A stretch of DNA of 64,000 nt from Antedon mediterranea. Taxonomy: Eukaryota; Animalia; Echinodermata. The DNA is taken from assembly GCF_964355755.1 (NCBI RefSeq), contig NC_092674.1, forward strand, positions 3,472,001 to 3,536,000. Direction: 5' to 3'. Below, piece by piece: positions 48,401 through 62,235 of the stretch. Made by a program: the position numbers and the translations under genes. Each line of letters starts with the position of its first letter. The stretch's first letter is position 1. Under the pieces are notes generated by a model. That model was given only the letters and a program-made list of their open reading frames with translations, was not told where the DNA came from and searched no databases.

Positions 48401-51400
48401 CTAGAGGACGTGAAATCAGATGTAAAGGTGGAAATAGACATCAAAACAGAGGTGAAGATGGAACAAGAGATAAAAATAGAAGTGAAGAGAGAGGAAGGGA
48501 AGAAAGAGGAGGAGGAGGAGGAGTATCAACCTAAATCAGGAAAAGGAGGGAAAGGGAAGAGAGCTACAAGAAAGAGGAAAGCCGGCAAAAAGGACAAGGT
48601 GAGTTAAAATACAATATGTGATGATAGTAAACAAGTTCATAATAGTTCATAGTGTGCTTAGGGTTACTATATTTAAATGTCATTTAAATGCCATTACCCA
48701 CATAACCACCTACTTTGTTGTTTCAGAAAAACATGAAAGATGTTGCAAACGTTGAAGAAAACATTGAATCTGGTAGACGACCAAGAAGGTTGGTATGCTT
48801 CTAAAGCTCTGTCTACACTATCCAATTTTATGTGACAAAAAAATGTGATGTGCCCATATAGGGACATGGTGATGTCATATCACTACCATATTTAAGCATA
48901 TCGCTACCATATTTGGGCACATCACACTTTTTTCTTTAGATGAGATTTGCTGTACTTCCATTCTATGGTCAGTCTTAAAAATATTGTAATTTTTTTTTTG
49001 TAATCTGGGCATATATATCTGGGTTTTGTTCTTTGCTGATTGTTGTCTTTATGGAATATTTTATCAACAGAAAAGTTTGTGTACACCACTATTATTTTTA
49101 TTTTAAGATCCTAAAAGCAAATTCAATAAGACTACTAATATGCTATTTTGTGTTTTTTTCAGAACTATTAGGAAACCTGCTAAGTATGTGTACAGTGGTA
49201 GCGAGGATGAGGCTATGATTTCCAGCATAGTTTCACAAAACAAAAAATGTAAGTATTCTTTAAAACTCTATCTACACTATCAAACTTTATGTGATGTGCC
49301 CATATATGGACATAATGATGTCATATCACTACTATCTCTTATTCTTTCTATATTTCAGGTAAAACAAATACTTCTGTGCAAGAAGAGATAAAATCAGAAG
49401 TTAACGTTGAACACAATGAAAAAGAAGAGGAGGTGTTTGAGATGGATATGGTAGAAAACCATTGGGATGATGTGGTACTGCCCAACACATATGGTAATGA
49501 CATTTTGTCTTTTACTTATCTTGTCTTAGTAGTTAAGTTTCATCTTGTTTGTATAAAGACTATTGGAAGATTTTTACGTTTACTTCTTGGGAACTTGATT
49601 CAATCAGTCAATAAACATGATAATAACCAATAATAATATAGTACAATGATTTTTAAAAAATATAATGAAAATAATATATAATGTAAATGCAGATTATTTA
49701 CAATTTGGCCATTTGTTGTGCAAACAAGTTAACTTGCTAGATGTGACTACATCAGTAGCCTTAATCTAAATGCCAACTTTTATGTCAATGGCTACCAGAT
49801 GTCTCTATGATGTTACCTGAACCAGTACCAGATTTAGTAAATTATTTGTTACATTTTGTCTGTCATAGTTAAACATGTAAATTAAATATTTCAAATTCAG
49901 TTCTTTTTCAAGCTCTGTGTATTCAGTGTATTATACACAAATTCTTCCTAAAAAGCATTATTTACAATTACTATTTACAATAAACTATTTATTATCGTTT
50001 ATTTATCAGTATTTTAAATGATCTTTTTAAAATAATCATTACTTTTTGTTTTTAGCGGTTAATAGTACTTAATTTTCATTTTAGATGATCTTCCAGAAGT
50101 ATTGATTACTGAGCCGGAATCGCTGCCATCAATGTCCAATTCCACACAAGCTTCAGTTAATGGTACAACCTCTTCTCAAGTTGACCTTGTTGTAATTTCA
50201 CCCTTAAAATCTTGTAATTCTGAGAAGACATTGCGGCAAACGTCATCTGTTGTTTCAAATTCCTCTACAGCAAATGGCACTTCTGTTCTCAATATAACCG
50301 ATGCCATTCCAGCTAATGACACTACTGTCCCGGAAACAAGCGATGTCGTTGAAGCTAATGGTACTTCTGTTTCGGGAACAACCAATGTCACTCAACTGAA
50401 TGGCACTTCTGTTGGTAATAGTAAGAGTTCTCATGATGGTAATCTTGCTCTTGTACCATGGCTTTCGTTTGAGAATATAAAAGTGCCTTCAGTAAACGAC
50501 GGTGCTCCTGGTACAAAGACTGTTATGAATGATCTCCCTCCTTTACCAAGTCTTCCATCAGAACAAACAAAGATGAAACCTGCATCAAGATTGTCTACTG
50601 GTGTGTCTTGTGCAAGTGGCGCCAGCGTCAATAAAGTTTTTACACCAGCACCTATCTTAATTCAGGAATGGAGAACCTCCGATGTGGCTACCTCCTCTGG
50701 CAGTCCTGATGTATTGAAAAAATCAACCATTGTTCTCAGTGACGAAGAAGATGATGATGATGATGATGACCTCCCAGCAATACAGCTCTCTCACAAAGCC
50801 CCCAGCAGAACATACACAAGAGGTCCAAGAGCAACTCTCATTGTCTGCCCTCTGTCGGTGATGAGTAACTGGTTACAGCAACTCAAAGACCATGTGCATC
50901 CTCATGTGGACATAAGAGTGTACTTGTATTATGGACCAGATCGTGTACGTGATCCTAAAGTGCTGACGTCTAAAGACATCGTGATAACAACCTACAATAC
51001 ATTGGCAATGGATTTTAAAGCAAATGGGGTAAGATTTGTTATTGTTTATTCATTATCAGAATATGTGACGTACCCATATATGGACACGATGTCACATTAC
51101 TACCATATTTGGACACATTACACTTTTTTGTTGTCTAGAATATAGAATAGTACAATCATAACTGCTAATAGGGCACAAATATATCTGGAAAATATTATAC
51201 AGTTAAGTTAGTTATAAAGCTCTGTCTACACTATCAAACTTTATGTGATAACATAAATAAGATTCACCCATATATGGTACATGATGATATCATATCACTA
51301 CCATATTTGGGCACATCACACTTTTTTTGTCATACTAGTTTGATAGGGTAGACAGATCTTAACAGAAAATTGTGCTTCCTTACTGTTAAAATTTACAATA

Positions 51401-54400
51401 TTAAACTATTTTTTCAGGAGAAAAGTGTCTTGCACAAAACTCAGTGGCTGAGAATAGTCTTGGATGAAGGTCACATGATTCGCAACCCTTCGACAATGCA
51501 GAGTAAAGCAGCAATTGCTCTCAAGAGTGAACGTCGATGGATTTTGACGGGTAAGTTTAATTCGACATCTGTTTCTTGTAACATCTTGAGCAAACTAGTT
51601 TGTGAAAAAAAGATGGATGTACCCAAATATGATATGTCATTGTGTCCATGGTCACATCATTTTTTTTTTGTCACATAAAGTTTAATAAGATCAGATTCCG
51701 TTGTGACAAGAAAAAAAATCTTAAAAAAAAACTTTTTTATTGTTATTCCACACACTTTTTTACCAAACAGATTACACTAACTTATTCTGAATTCTGTATG
51801 TGTGTGATCAAAAGCACAACGTTTAAGAATTTTGACTCGGTATGAATGTAGCCTTAAAATAGCATGATAAACAGGATTCACACTTTATTCAAACTTTTCG
51901 TCCTTTGTAGGAACCCCTATACAGAACTCCATGCGTGATCTCTGGTCTCTTACCGTATTTCTAAAACTAGAACCGTTCTGCTCGGACCAGCAGTGGTGGA
52001 AACGAGTGATTTCTCGACCAATAGCTGAAGGCAACAAGGCGGCACTTGGGTAAATATGAGAATGCTTTAAACTTATATGAAATGCCAGACCTTTTCTTTT
52101 GAGGTGCCCTTGATGAGTGTGATTTACACATTAAATTTGGCAAACTTCTACACACCAAAATACAAACAGCACACCTACATCACCCCTGAATGTATTGAGG
52201 AGTGCAATTTGTAGCACACCTATAATTTTAACAAGACAAGGCCTAAAATGTAGTTGAGTTAAGCATAGAGGTACTACCATTTCCAGTTTTCATTTTACAG
52301 ATATTGATACGATCTCTGTTTATTGAATTATAAATACAAATATAGTGTATTTTATAATATATTTGTGTTTTTTTTCGTTTATTGAGGAGTGTTTAACAAA
52401 TTAATAAGAAATAAGTGCATTAAAAGTGTGTCTGGCTAAATAAAACTGTGACTATACCCTGGTCCTCTGCAGCACTTTTTAAAAATGTTCAGTATATTGA
52501 ATATTACTATTAAATATAATAAAAATGTAATTAATTTGTAGACGAGTTCAAGCTCTGATGAGAGCCATTGCGCTACGACGAACCAAAACCCAGAAGATAG
52601 ATGGTAAGCCATTGGTTGAATTGCCAGAAAGAAATGTTTACGTCCAATCAGTGGAGCTGTCTGAAGAAGAAAGGAAAGTGTATGAAACCATGGCTAAGGA
52701 AGGTCGTCTAGCCATAGGCCGGTTAGTATTCATTCAATTCAACTTTTATTTTGGAAAGTGGTTCTATAGATATTTTATTTAAAGCTCTGTCTACACTATC
52801 AAACTTTATGTGACAAAAAAAATGTGATGTGCCCATACATGAACACAATGTCACTACCATATATGGAAATTCACTACCATATATGGGCACTTTTTTTGTC
52901 AAAATAGTTTGATAATGTAGACAGAGCTTAATAAGTATTTAAATACAATTGATAGAATGTGTCTAAGGGACTTATTTGATTTCAATTTTGTTGACAGATA
53001 TTTCAGAGCTGGTACTCTGTTGCATCACTATGGCGACGTTTTGTCGATCTTGTTGAGGTTACGTCAACTTTGCTGTCATCCAGCACTCTGCAATCGAGCA
53101 AGAGCTAAAGCTGAGATAGAAGGTGAGTACATGTCTTATTTGAGGTTAGGCTACTTGGAAGAAAGATAACATTGTTCTGTTAAGCCTCACTGTGAGCACT
53201 TGATAGTTTGTAAACTGTAGGTCAAAATCGTGAGTGAATCACAATCACTACTAAAATTTGCGAGAGGAGTACGGTATTATGTCAAGCGACAATAAACACC
53301 CAACAGTATCGTGTCTGCTGACTGCAACAGTCCTAAGCCTGTCATTTAAAAGTTTTTTACCTTGTCTTCAATATTAGCACTAATTGCACAGGGAGCTAAG
53401 GAGGCTGAATCAAATGTAGTCGTCACAGATGAAGCCAAAAAGAAACTAGTTGAGAAGTTACTTAATGTTCTTAGCCAGGGAGGTGATGAGGTAAGTTAAG
53501 GAGGCTTTTGATTTGCGAGGGCTGACGACCGACCTAGGTCAGGTAAATTATTTACCTGAAAAAACTGTTACTTAAAGCAATGGGTTTTGGTTGAATTTAA
53601 CCATTTATTTTGTCATTTTATAAGTGAAAACATAAATTTTGATTTTTTTTCTATTCAAAGTCTGATTTTATTAATCTTCGTTTTTCATGTTTTTGGGGGA
53701 CAATACATCTTTAATGATAATACTTCATAAATTTGCCAAAAAGTCAGAATAACTACTCTTATGAACACAATATCAAAAGTGAATGTCAAAATGTATGGGT
53801 CTGTATCATTATTGTCTAACCCTGTACTTTGTTTAGGAGTGTTGTGTCTGCCTAGACTCTCTCAAACTGCCTGTCATCACGGCTTGTGCTCATGTCTTCT
53901 GTAGGCCTTGCATTGAGGAGGTGATCAGAAAGGACCAGGTAACTTTATATCTGTTTTGTTTTATATATTGTGTTTTTCACTCGAATTAAGTCTCTGTGAC
54001 TATTCACCAATCACACTTGGGCGAAAGAAAATTCTTGTACTTAAAATTTAACATTTTCTTATTTAAGGGTAATACCACTTTTTTTTGTTAATACTATAAT
54101 TTGATAATAATGTATCTGTATTCTTCTTAGGAGCAAGCAGCCTGCCCTCTATGTCGAGCAGACGTGAAAGATAAAGATCTCGTGGAAGTCCCAAACGAGG
54201 ATAAAGTTGAACCACCTACGCCATTGGCTGGTCCATGGCAATCAAGCGCAAAGGTTAGAGGTCATATTGTAGTATCCAGGGTAAAACATGTTTTCTAGGG
54301 GAAACAAATCAAACTGAAATTTGGCATAGATTCATCAAAGGAAATTAATAGAAAGTACAATGTCATTGGTTGAAATACAAAGAAGTTATTCATTTTAACT

Positions 54401-56008
54401 TTTACAATACAGAAAACAGAACAGGTTACAGAAAAAGATTTTTCTTGTCAAGTTTAACCCCTTTTACAAAAAGTATGATAAATGATAATTTTATTAAATA
54501 GTAATAAAAGGTTAAAGCAGACAACTAGATGAAAGTCATTGCTAATGATGTAAAACTCGAGAAACCTGAAAAAAAATGTATTTGATAATTTATTGCAATA
54601 GAAAAATACTGGATAGTTTTAAATCATTGTTATCTTCATGCAGATAAGTTTAAAAATCACTTTGTTTAATTTATAGGTTGACGCCATGATGCAACATCTA
54701 ATCCAGTTACAGCGTGACGATCCAACCATTAAAAGTCTTGTCGTGTCTCAGTTCACCTCACTACTAGATCTTGTTCAGAAACCACTAAGGTAATTCAGTT
54801 AATTAATATGCATTTCAGAATCATTTATTTCTAAATGTCATAATTAAAATTTTATGTTGTATTTTTGCTATTATTTGAAAACAAATATTTTTGTTTGGTA
54901 TTCAGTGACATTGGAATAAAGTTTGTTTGCTTTGATGGACGTATGAATATGAAGAAACGAACAGAGGCGATATCGGAGTTTATGAAACAAGGGCCCGACA
55001 CGCCAACCGTCTGTCTACTGTCATTAAAAGCTGGTGGCGTTGGCGTCAATCTCGTCTCCGCTTCACGAGTCTTTTTACTTGATCCTGTAAGTACAGCGAA
55101 AGAGATCCCAGAAATATTTTGACAAATTACAAAGTCTGAAATCAAATCAAAGCCCTACTTAAGGCCAATTTAAACAGAAAAGTGGTAACTGTAAGCAGAA
55201 ACGCATAGCTTGCCCCATGTAGAATCTGTATCTATCCTCAGCGGAAAACCGCCCGAATTACATAGATTCTTTATTTTTATTACCATTGCTGCTCTTAAAT
55301 TGCCCTTAATGCAGATATATTTTCATTTTTACGTAGTAGAATTAAATATCCAATCAAATTAAAATAGGTGCAAATTATGCTATTGTAGTTATATAGAACA
55401 TGAAATCATTGAGATCAGCTAATTCGCACCTTGATTTTGTTTTGCCTATCACACATTTATTTTGATTTTAAACTATTCTTCTAGGCTTGGAATCCAGCAG
55501 CTGAAGAGCAATGCTTTGACCGATGTCATCGCTTGGGTCAAACCAAAGATGTTATTATCACCAAGGTATGTAATATTTTTAATTTAATATAATTGAAAGT
55601 TGAATTCTGTTAAAACTAATCTAGAGAGATTCAGAATCCTTTTAATTTGTGGCATTAAACGCCATTTTAGACATCATAACAATCCTTTCCTTACGCTCTG
55701 TCTACTCAAACTAGTTTGACAACAAAAGTCATCATGTCCATATATGGGCACATCACATATTTTTGTCACATCAAGTTTGATAGAGTAGACAGAGCGAGAG
55801 AGATCAGAAATTCAAAAGCCATTTTAGCCATCATAAAAATTGACTTTTTAATTTTTAGTTTATTGTGAAGGATTCGGTTGAGGAACGTATGATGGACCTG
55901 CAAGAGAAGAAGCGCAATCTGATGGCAGGTGCTTTTGGCAAGAAGCAGACTGCAGAAGAACGACAGCGCACCAGAATAGACGACATCAGACTTCTTCTGG
56001 ATCTTTAG
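45456..56008 (+). CDS. HLTF: Helicase-like transcription factor (HIRAN + SNF2 ATPase + RING E3), about 21 coding exons from 45456-45725 to 55859-56008
   Basis: [14 protein letters not shown]|[22 protein letters not shown]; [13 protein letters not shown]; [13 protein letters not shown]; LDEGHMIRN; LTGTPIQN; [11 protein letters not shown]; RING CCVC...CAHVFCRPC...CPLCR; [13 protein letters not shown]; [18 protein letters not shown]. Confidence 0.95.
46845..46910 (-). mobile_element. tRNA-derived SINE head fragment (second copy about 48210-48270)
   Basis: Reverse strand shows A-box-like TGGCACTGTGG and B-box GGTTCGAATTC; no complete cloverleaf. Confidence 0.45.
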
Positions 56009-57693
56009 GTCACGGTGAAGTAATGCCGGTCAGTCCAAACCACTTTTCATTGCAAAATAAAGCGTAAATTTTAATACCTAGCAATAGTTGTAGCAATTCA
56101 TACAAGTTACGTGACCGGTTTGAAGTCTAACGAAAAAATATGTTGCAATATCCCGACAGCCATCTTCTATCCATGTAATACTGTTGATAGTGAGAGATTA
56201 TTTAGAGGATTATGGTTACTATCATCAGATACGATACAGAAGGATGTTTCTTGTCGCTAGGCATAATACTGTCTAACGGCTGCAATCCATTTGTTTTAGC
56301 ACGCTGTGGAGTAAGCATTTTTAAGCAGTATTAAGTATGTCTATTTCCAAAAAAAATTTTCCGTCATGCATGGAACATTGGTTGTCAGAAATATGTAAAA
56401 TCAGAAATGCCTTAAGCTCTGTCTACACTATCAAACTTTATGTGAAAACAAAATGTGATATGCCCAAATATGTACATAATGATATCATATATCACTACCA
56501 TATTTGGGCACTAGTTTGATAGTGTAGTGTGCAAGTGTCCGTCCTGAAGAATTGTGATTAAACATAATTTACTTTTAGTCATTTTATTTTAGTTAAGATA
56601 GTTGAAAACACAACTCAAATTAAACTCTCAACTCTCCTAATAATGTTTGATTTTCCAGTAACTCTGATACTGTATTCTGTTGTTGAGAGAGTCTACTATA
56701 TAAATTATAATACAGTATTTTAAGTTTTTTAGTAGTTTCCGATTAGAAAAAAAGACAAAAACATACTATTTAGCAGATATTCCAATCTTTATTCTACATT
56801 CTTTGTAAAATTTTAACCTTGATTTGTGTGTATTTTTATATAACTGTACTAATTATATAATATAGATTTTATACTCTTCTCTTTAGATTATATAATCTAC
56901 TTTTCTATAATCGTCGTCTTAAGCTCTGTCTACCCTATCAAACTTTATATGACAAAAAAATGTGATGGTCGCATCACTATCATATTTGGGCACATCACTA
57001 CCATATTTGGGCACATCACTACCATATTTGGCCCGTTTGATAGTTGTAGACAGAGCTTTCTTTTTAGTGTTTATAAATAAGTATAAATTAACATATGACT
57101 AATACAGAAATTGTAACTTGCCAAAGATGTTTAAAATAATAAAAATGCATGTTTTTAAAATCTAAAACAACGTGTCATTAATTATGTCATTGGCGTGGAA
57201 AACAATTTAAAGAAATTAACAGTTTTTGTTTATTTTTGCATCTATTGACTACAAGATTCAAAACAAAATCTGCTAATGCTCGCTATACAAAATAATTTTC
57301 TATAAAACAATATAAATGATGAATATATTTTGAACACATGTTGTCAATGCAGTACTTTTTTATAGGCAAATTTAGACGATTAAAATATAATACTAAATAC
57401 AATACTATTTTTGAAAGGCACTGTGTGTGTCTCTGTAATACAATTAAAGGCCGTTTGTATTGCACCTATACATTTTGTGTTTATTGCACCAAAAAGTCTA
57501 CTTGTCGATGAACAATAATCAGCATTATACATTAAAACTTTAAATTTAGCATATTCAACAAAAACACACAAAAGACTTCATTCACATACAATAGTCCCTC
57601 AAATAATCTTTTCACTCATACAGTAATTGCCTTTGGCTCCCACTCCCCTAGATTTTAAAGGTGATAGAGGCAAAATAGTTAAATTATATATTC

Positions 57694-57872
57694 ATATATA
57701 TATAAATCCAAAGGCAAATTACTGAAAAAATAACAATGCTGTGGGTATATATATAAACCTGAGCTGCACTGACGAGATCTAATAAGATCGAAACAGTACT
57801 GTCTGCAGATTGGATATATATATATAAATCCAAAGGCAAATTACCGGAAAAAATGACAATGCTGTGGGTATA
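57694..57872 (+). mobile_element. Hammerhead-bearing mini-element (retrozyme/Penelope-like remnant), about 1.5 units of a 122-bp period
   Basis: ~56-bp direct repeats (ATATATAAATCCAAAGGCAAATTAC...ACAATGCTGTGGGTATA) at 57694-57749 and 57814-57872 flank the ribozyme. Confidence 0.65.
57764..57808 (+). ncRNA. Type I hammerhead ribozyme
   Basis: Stem I CTGCA/TGCAG; core CTGACGA (57769-57775); stem II GATCT-aata-AGATC; GAAA (57790-57793); palindromic stem III ACAGTACTGT; GUC cleavage triplet, predicted cut after C57803. Confidence 0.88.
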
Positions 57873-58124
57873 ATATATATTAAAATCAACACTTTTATAT
57901 GTTTTTAATTAATCTTATTTATATTCCTACTGGCAACACCCACATCAATCAATTTTGATTGAATTCAACTTAACCTTTGTAAAATCTAATTTTTGGTTTA
58001 TGGCACCTTTAAATATTATAATATATGTTATAATAATTAATAACAGTTTATTAATAAGATTAATAAAGGTCAAAACTTTAATAAAATAAACCATTAAATT
58101 ACACATTAAAATCTCATTAATTTT

Positions 58125-61100
58125 TTATATGTATTTTCCATCTGTAGTCTTCACGTTAAACGCCAAGGCAAGCACCAATCCTAAAACAAAACAAAAATGA
58201 ATTATAAAGACTTAGATAGCTAGATCCGTAGAATTCCAATAATATATTTTTTCAAATAATAAAAACTTACCTACAAAAGCAAAACCAGATATTAAGATAA
58301 ACATTCCAAACCAGCCTAACGTGTCACTGAGCGTGGTCGAGAGAACTACCCCTAGCGGACCAGTGAACACTTGAGACGTAAACAACAAACCGTAATTTGT
58401 TCCAACGTATCGTGAACCAAAAGCTCTAGATAAAAAAAAAGCGAACTAGATTGCATTAAACTATTAAACTATTTAGTTCTAGACAGCGATTCGGCTTAAT
58501 GTTTGTATGTAAGATAAAGATTTTGGCACATATTGCTCTTCATACATTTGCATGAGCTGGAGCCACCCTTTAAGATCAATAATGCAATTTAGCCTGGAGC
58601 TACCCTTTAAGATCAGTAATGCAATTTAGCCTGGAGCTACCCTTTGAGATCAGTATTGCAACTTTGCCTGGAGCTACCATTTAAGATCAGTAATGCAACT
58701 TAGCCTGGAGCTACCTTTTAAGAACAGTAATGCAACTTAGCCCGGTGCTATCCCTTAAGATTGAGCAATACAATTGAACCCTTTAAATACAAGTCTTACC
58801 TAGAAACAGCAGCTGGGAAAAGAGCATAATTGCCTGAAAATATGAAGAATAAACAACAAATCCAAATAAATAGCATTGCTCTATCGCCCTCAACTTTTGA
58901 GCACAGTTTGAGCGTCATCATAAACGTTATCATTGACGCACAATTTATAACCATGGCCATCTGTAAAAAAAATGTGTTTATTTTTAAATTCATCTACAGA
59001 CATGAATTTCAGATATAATATATAGTTAAATGTAAACATTTTTAATCAAATTATTTTTTTTTGTCTATAAATTGTGTTTTACCCGCCAACCCACCACTTC
59101 TTATCCACCACAAACAGCTTCACTATGTTAGGCTCTCGTCTGTATACATTACCTTATAAGAGAATATATCAGCCATATGACCCCAGAATACCCTGCCAAG
59201 AGCATTACACACAGCACTAAATGAACCAATTAATGAGAGGAAGTGATCATCACTAATAAATGTCTGACCATAAGCCTAAAAAAAAAAACAACAGATAGGT
59301 CAATGAGGGGGTTTGTGTGTTGGACGTTGGATTACTGATTGTGAGCACGAGTTCAAATCCAACTCTCTTTGCATTGCTTGCATCCTTAAGCAAGATACTT
59401 TACTTAGGTTTTCCTCTCCAACCAAATGTCTAAATGGGTACCTGGTTCGATCAAGACACCACTTAGTGCTAATGACTAGCTGCATTATTAGAGTATGTTT
59501 CCATACGTGTTTGATGAAAAAAAAATGACTGGGGTAATAATGTAAAGTACTTAAAGCAATATTATTATTATATTAAGTAATTCGCTATTAACCAATGCTT
59601 TAGAAAGATAAACATTAAGCTAATGCTGCTATGCCTGCATAGATTAATCTTTACTTAAAGATTGGTTCACTCAGTGCTTCAATAACATTAACTAGTAGCA
59701 AATTAATGTTTAGAAAGTGTGTACACTGGAGTTGTACGTATACGCATATTATTCATATTTAAAACCAGCTACTCTTATCTTACCTTCCATAACGTGGCTA
59801 TAAAAATAGTAGCCTGTCCATTCACAAAAAAAGTAAACCAAAGATTCCAGAAAGCGCCGGTTTTGAGAATTTCTCGAGGTTGCAACTCTAGACCTGATGA
59901 GCGGACATCCACTTGTGGATACTCGCCTTCCTCTGGGAACATTGAACCCACTTCCTTTGTGACCTCGTTCTTGTTTTCAGCTTCGCTGACTGTCAACTTA
60001 GATTCTTCGCTGCATTCACTATCCAACGCAGCATAAACCTAAAACATTGATTATCATATTAAAATTGATTAGAAATATTTTTAATAAACAGATAAATAAA
60101 TTTATATAGTACTTGTACATGGTTTGACATAACGTACAGGTTGGAAGAGGACAATTAGAAAACATGTTTTTTTTTCAAAATATGTACAATACAGACACCA
60201 AATATAATTGGATAACAAATTGTGTACAGTATAAAATAAAATTCTTAAAAAATTTTGAAAATACCTAATTTTGAAAATACTCTTCCCTTGTCGGGGATAA
60301 TGAAATTATATAATTTACATAATAATATTAATTATGGCTGTCTTCTGTCGTGAACAAAAATTATGTCAATTAGTCTTAAATTCATCTGAATGATGCATCA
60401 AAATAAGTCAGGACTGTTTAAAGCACCTTGGTTGGTTCTATAATTGACCAAGGGTTTCTCTTGTTCAGTGCCCACCTTGACCAGAGGAGAGGCATAAGCC
60501 AATATGTCTGAGGCAGATACTAGTAAGGCCGTATATATGGCAGCATATGATTATGTAAGGCTTTAAGGGTATGATAATATACTAGCATTATAATAATAGA
60601 GTATTAGCGTACATCTTTAACAGGTGGGTTTTTAATAAACACCGAACCAATAAGCTGCATGATGACATAAATCAACCCAAGCACCAAGAAGACGGATGGA
60701 ACTTTATCTAGAAGAGATGGCTCAGAAAAATATCTGAAATAATAAAAAACAAAATGACATATGTTATTCATCTATCAGTATGTTTGATGCTAGTTAATGA
60801 AATCGTTGGCTCAAAACTTGGAAAAAAAGAGGCATGCACGATACGGACATTTTCGTTATTCATACCTTTCATTTGGATAGCCTGGTTCCGTTGAGTTTGG
60901 AGACAAGTTGGTTGGATTGATGTAAGCTGTTTGCACAAAGTTGAAAATAAAAGCTCCACCGCCAAATCCTGCTACGATTATTCCGCTAACTAACCCTGTC
61001 TTCTCTGGAAACCACTGGGTATTAAATACAACATTCAGTATAGCTATCATAGTTTGTATATATTTGTGTTTTGAACCTTTACTTAAGCTATACACTATCA

Positions 61101-62235
61101 AACTAGTTTGAGAAAAAAAGTGTGATGTGCACAAATATGGTAGTGATATGACACCATCATGTCCATATATGGGCGCACCACTTTTTTTTTGTCACATAAA
61201 GTTTGATAGTGTAGACAAGGCTTAGCTTCGTTGAGTTGCGGTTATTTATTTTATTTAATTTTTGAAGCTAAACTTTTTTTAAACTTGACTATTTACAGAG
61301 TTCCCGGTTCAATTTCTGATAAGAACTACACCCAGTCCATTCTGCTATATAATTGAGTACATGGTTGAAAAGCGAGTTTAAATATAGGGTAACATGAAAA
61401 TAAACTGGTAACCCTACCACATGTGAGGCTTAGTACAACGCATATCACACAATAATAATACAGTACACACATAGCTACTGTCACTCACAACCACTGATCA
61501 TAACTGGGCCCTCTGGGAGACCAGACTTTGACTGAAGAGGTCTACCAGTATAGATAAATAAATATATTTTTATTTTGTGATTAATGAACCCACCTTTAGA
61601 GCGCAGACAAGTGGCGGAACATACGCAATCCCTGTGCCTATTCCGACTACAATGCCATACGTCACAGATAACAACACAAAGGATATCTGTATAGTGAAGT
61701 AAGACAGTAACACTCCTGTGCTGTAGAAAAAATAATTTTTTTTTTTCCTTTGAAAACAAAAACAATCAAGGACATGCTATACTGTTTTTTTTTAAAAGGA
61801 TGTTTTGCTGTCATAAAAAAAGCAGGAAAATTGATGTGGTGTTGGGGTGTTTATACATTCATTATGCATGAATGCCAAAAAAAAAAGATTTTTATTCAGG
61901 ATTTGAAATTTGTTATAATGCTATTGTCATGTGGAAAACAAAATTAGAAGGATAGTTTAAAAGTGTGGTCGAACTTTACGCAAATCTGGATCGATTGCAA
62001 TCATGCAATATTTATGGAAAATAAAGTGATTTTGAAACAAAAATTTTTTTTTCTTGGCCTTAATCAAAATGACCATGGTCATTAAGCATGGATGGCGTCC
62101 TTTATACTCTTACCTCATCAGTAAGCCACCAGCTAGTGCTATGTGTCTTGGTCCAAACCGCTTTTCTAACTTCCCACCTAGAATCATGGTTGAACCTTGA
62201 CCCACAAGAGTTAATACATAAATAAGGACTACAAG
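58125..62235 (-). CDS. MFS transporter, oxalate:formate antiporter (OxlT)-like; 5' exons not found, probably beyond the window
   Basis: Exons near 62235-62114 (LGGKLEKRFGPR), 61720-61594 (YGIVVGIGTGIAYVPP), 61015-60865 (WFPEKTGLVSGIIVAGFGGG), and about 60733-60614, 60038-59784, 59275-59153 (GRVFWGHMAD), 58941-58799 (SGNYALFP), 58425-58271 (FGSRYVGTNYGLLFT), 58180-58125 (stop). Confidence 0.85.
58555..58770. repeat. 37-bp minisatellite, about 6 copies, intronic
   Basis: GCCTGGAGCTACCCTTTAAGATCAGTAATGCAATTTA at 58592, 58629, 58666, 58703. Confidence 0.92.
59300..59570 (+). mobile_element. Degenerate tRNA-derived SINE
   Basis: B-box-like GAGTTCAAATCC, central CCTTAAGCAAGATACTTTAC...TAAATGGGTACC resembling conserved SINE core domains, TGTAAAG...(ATT)n tail. 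Confidence 0.5.
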
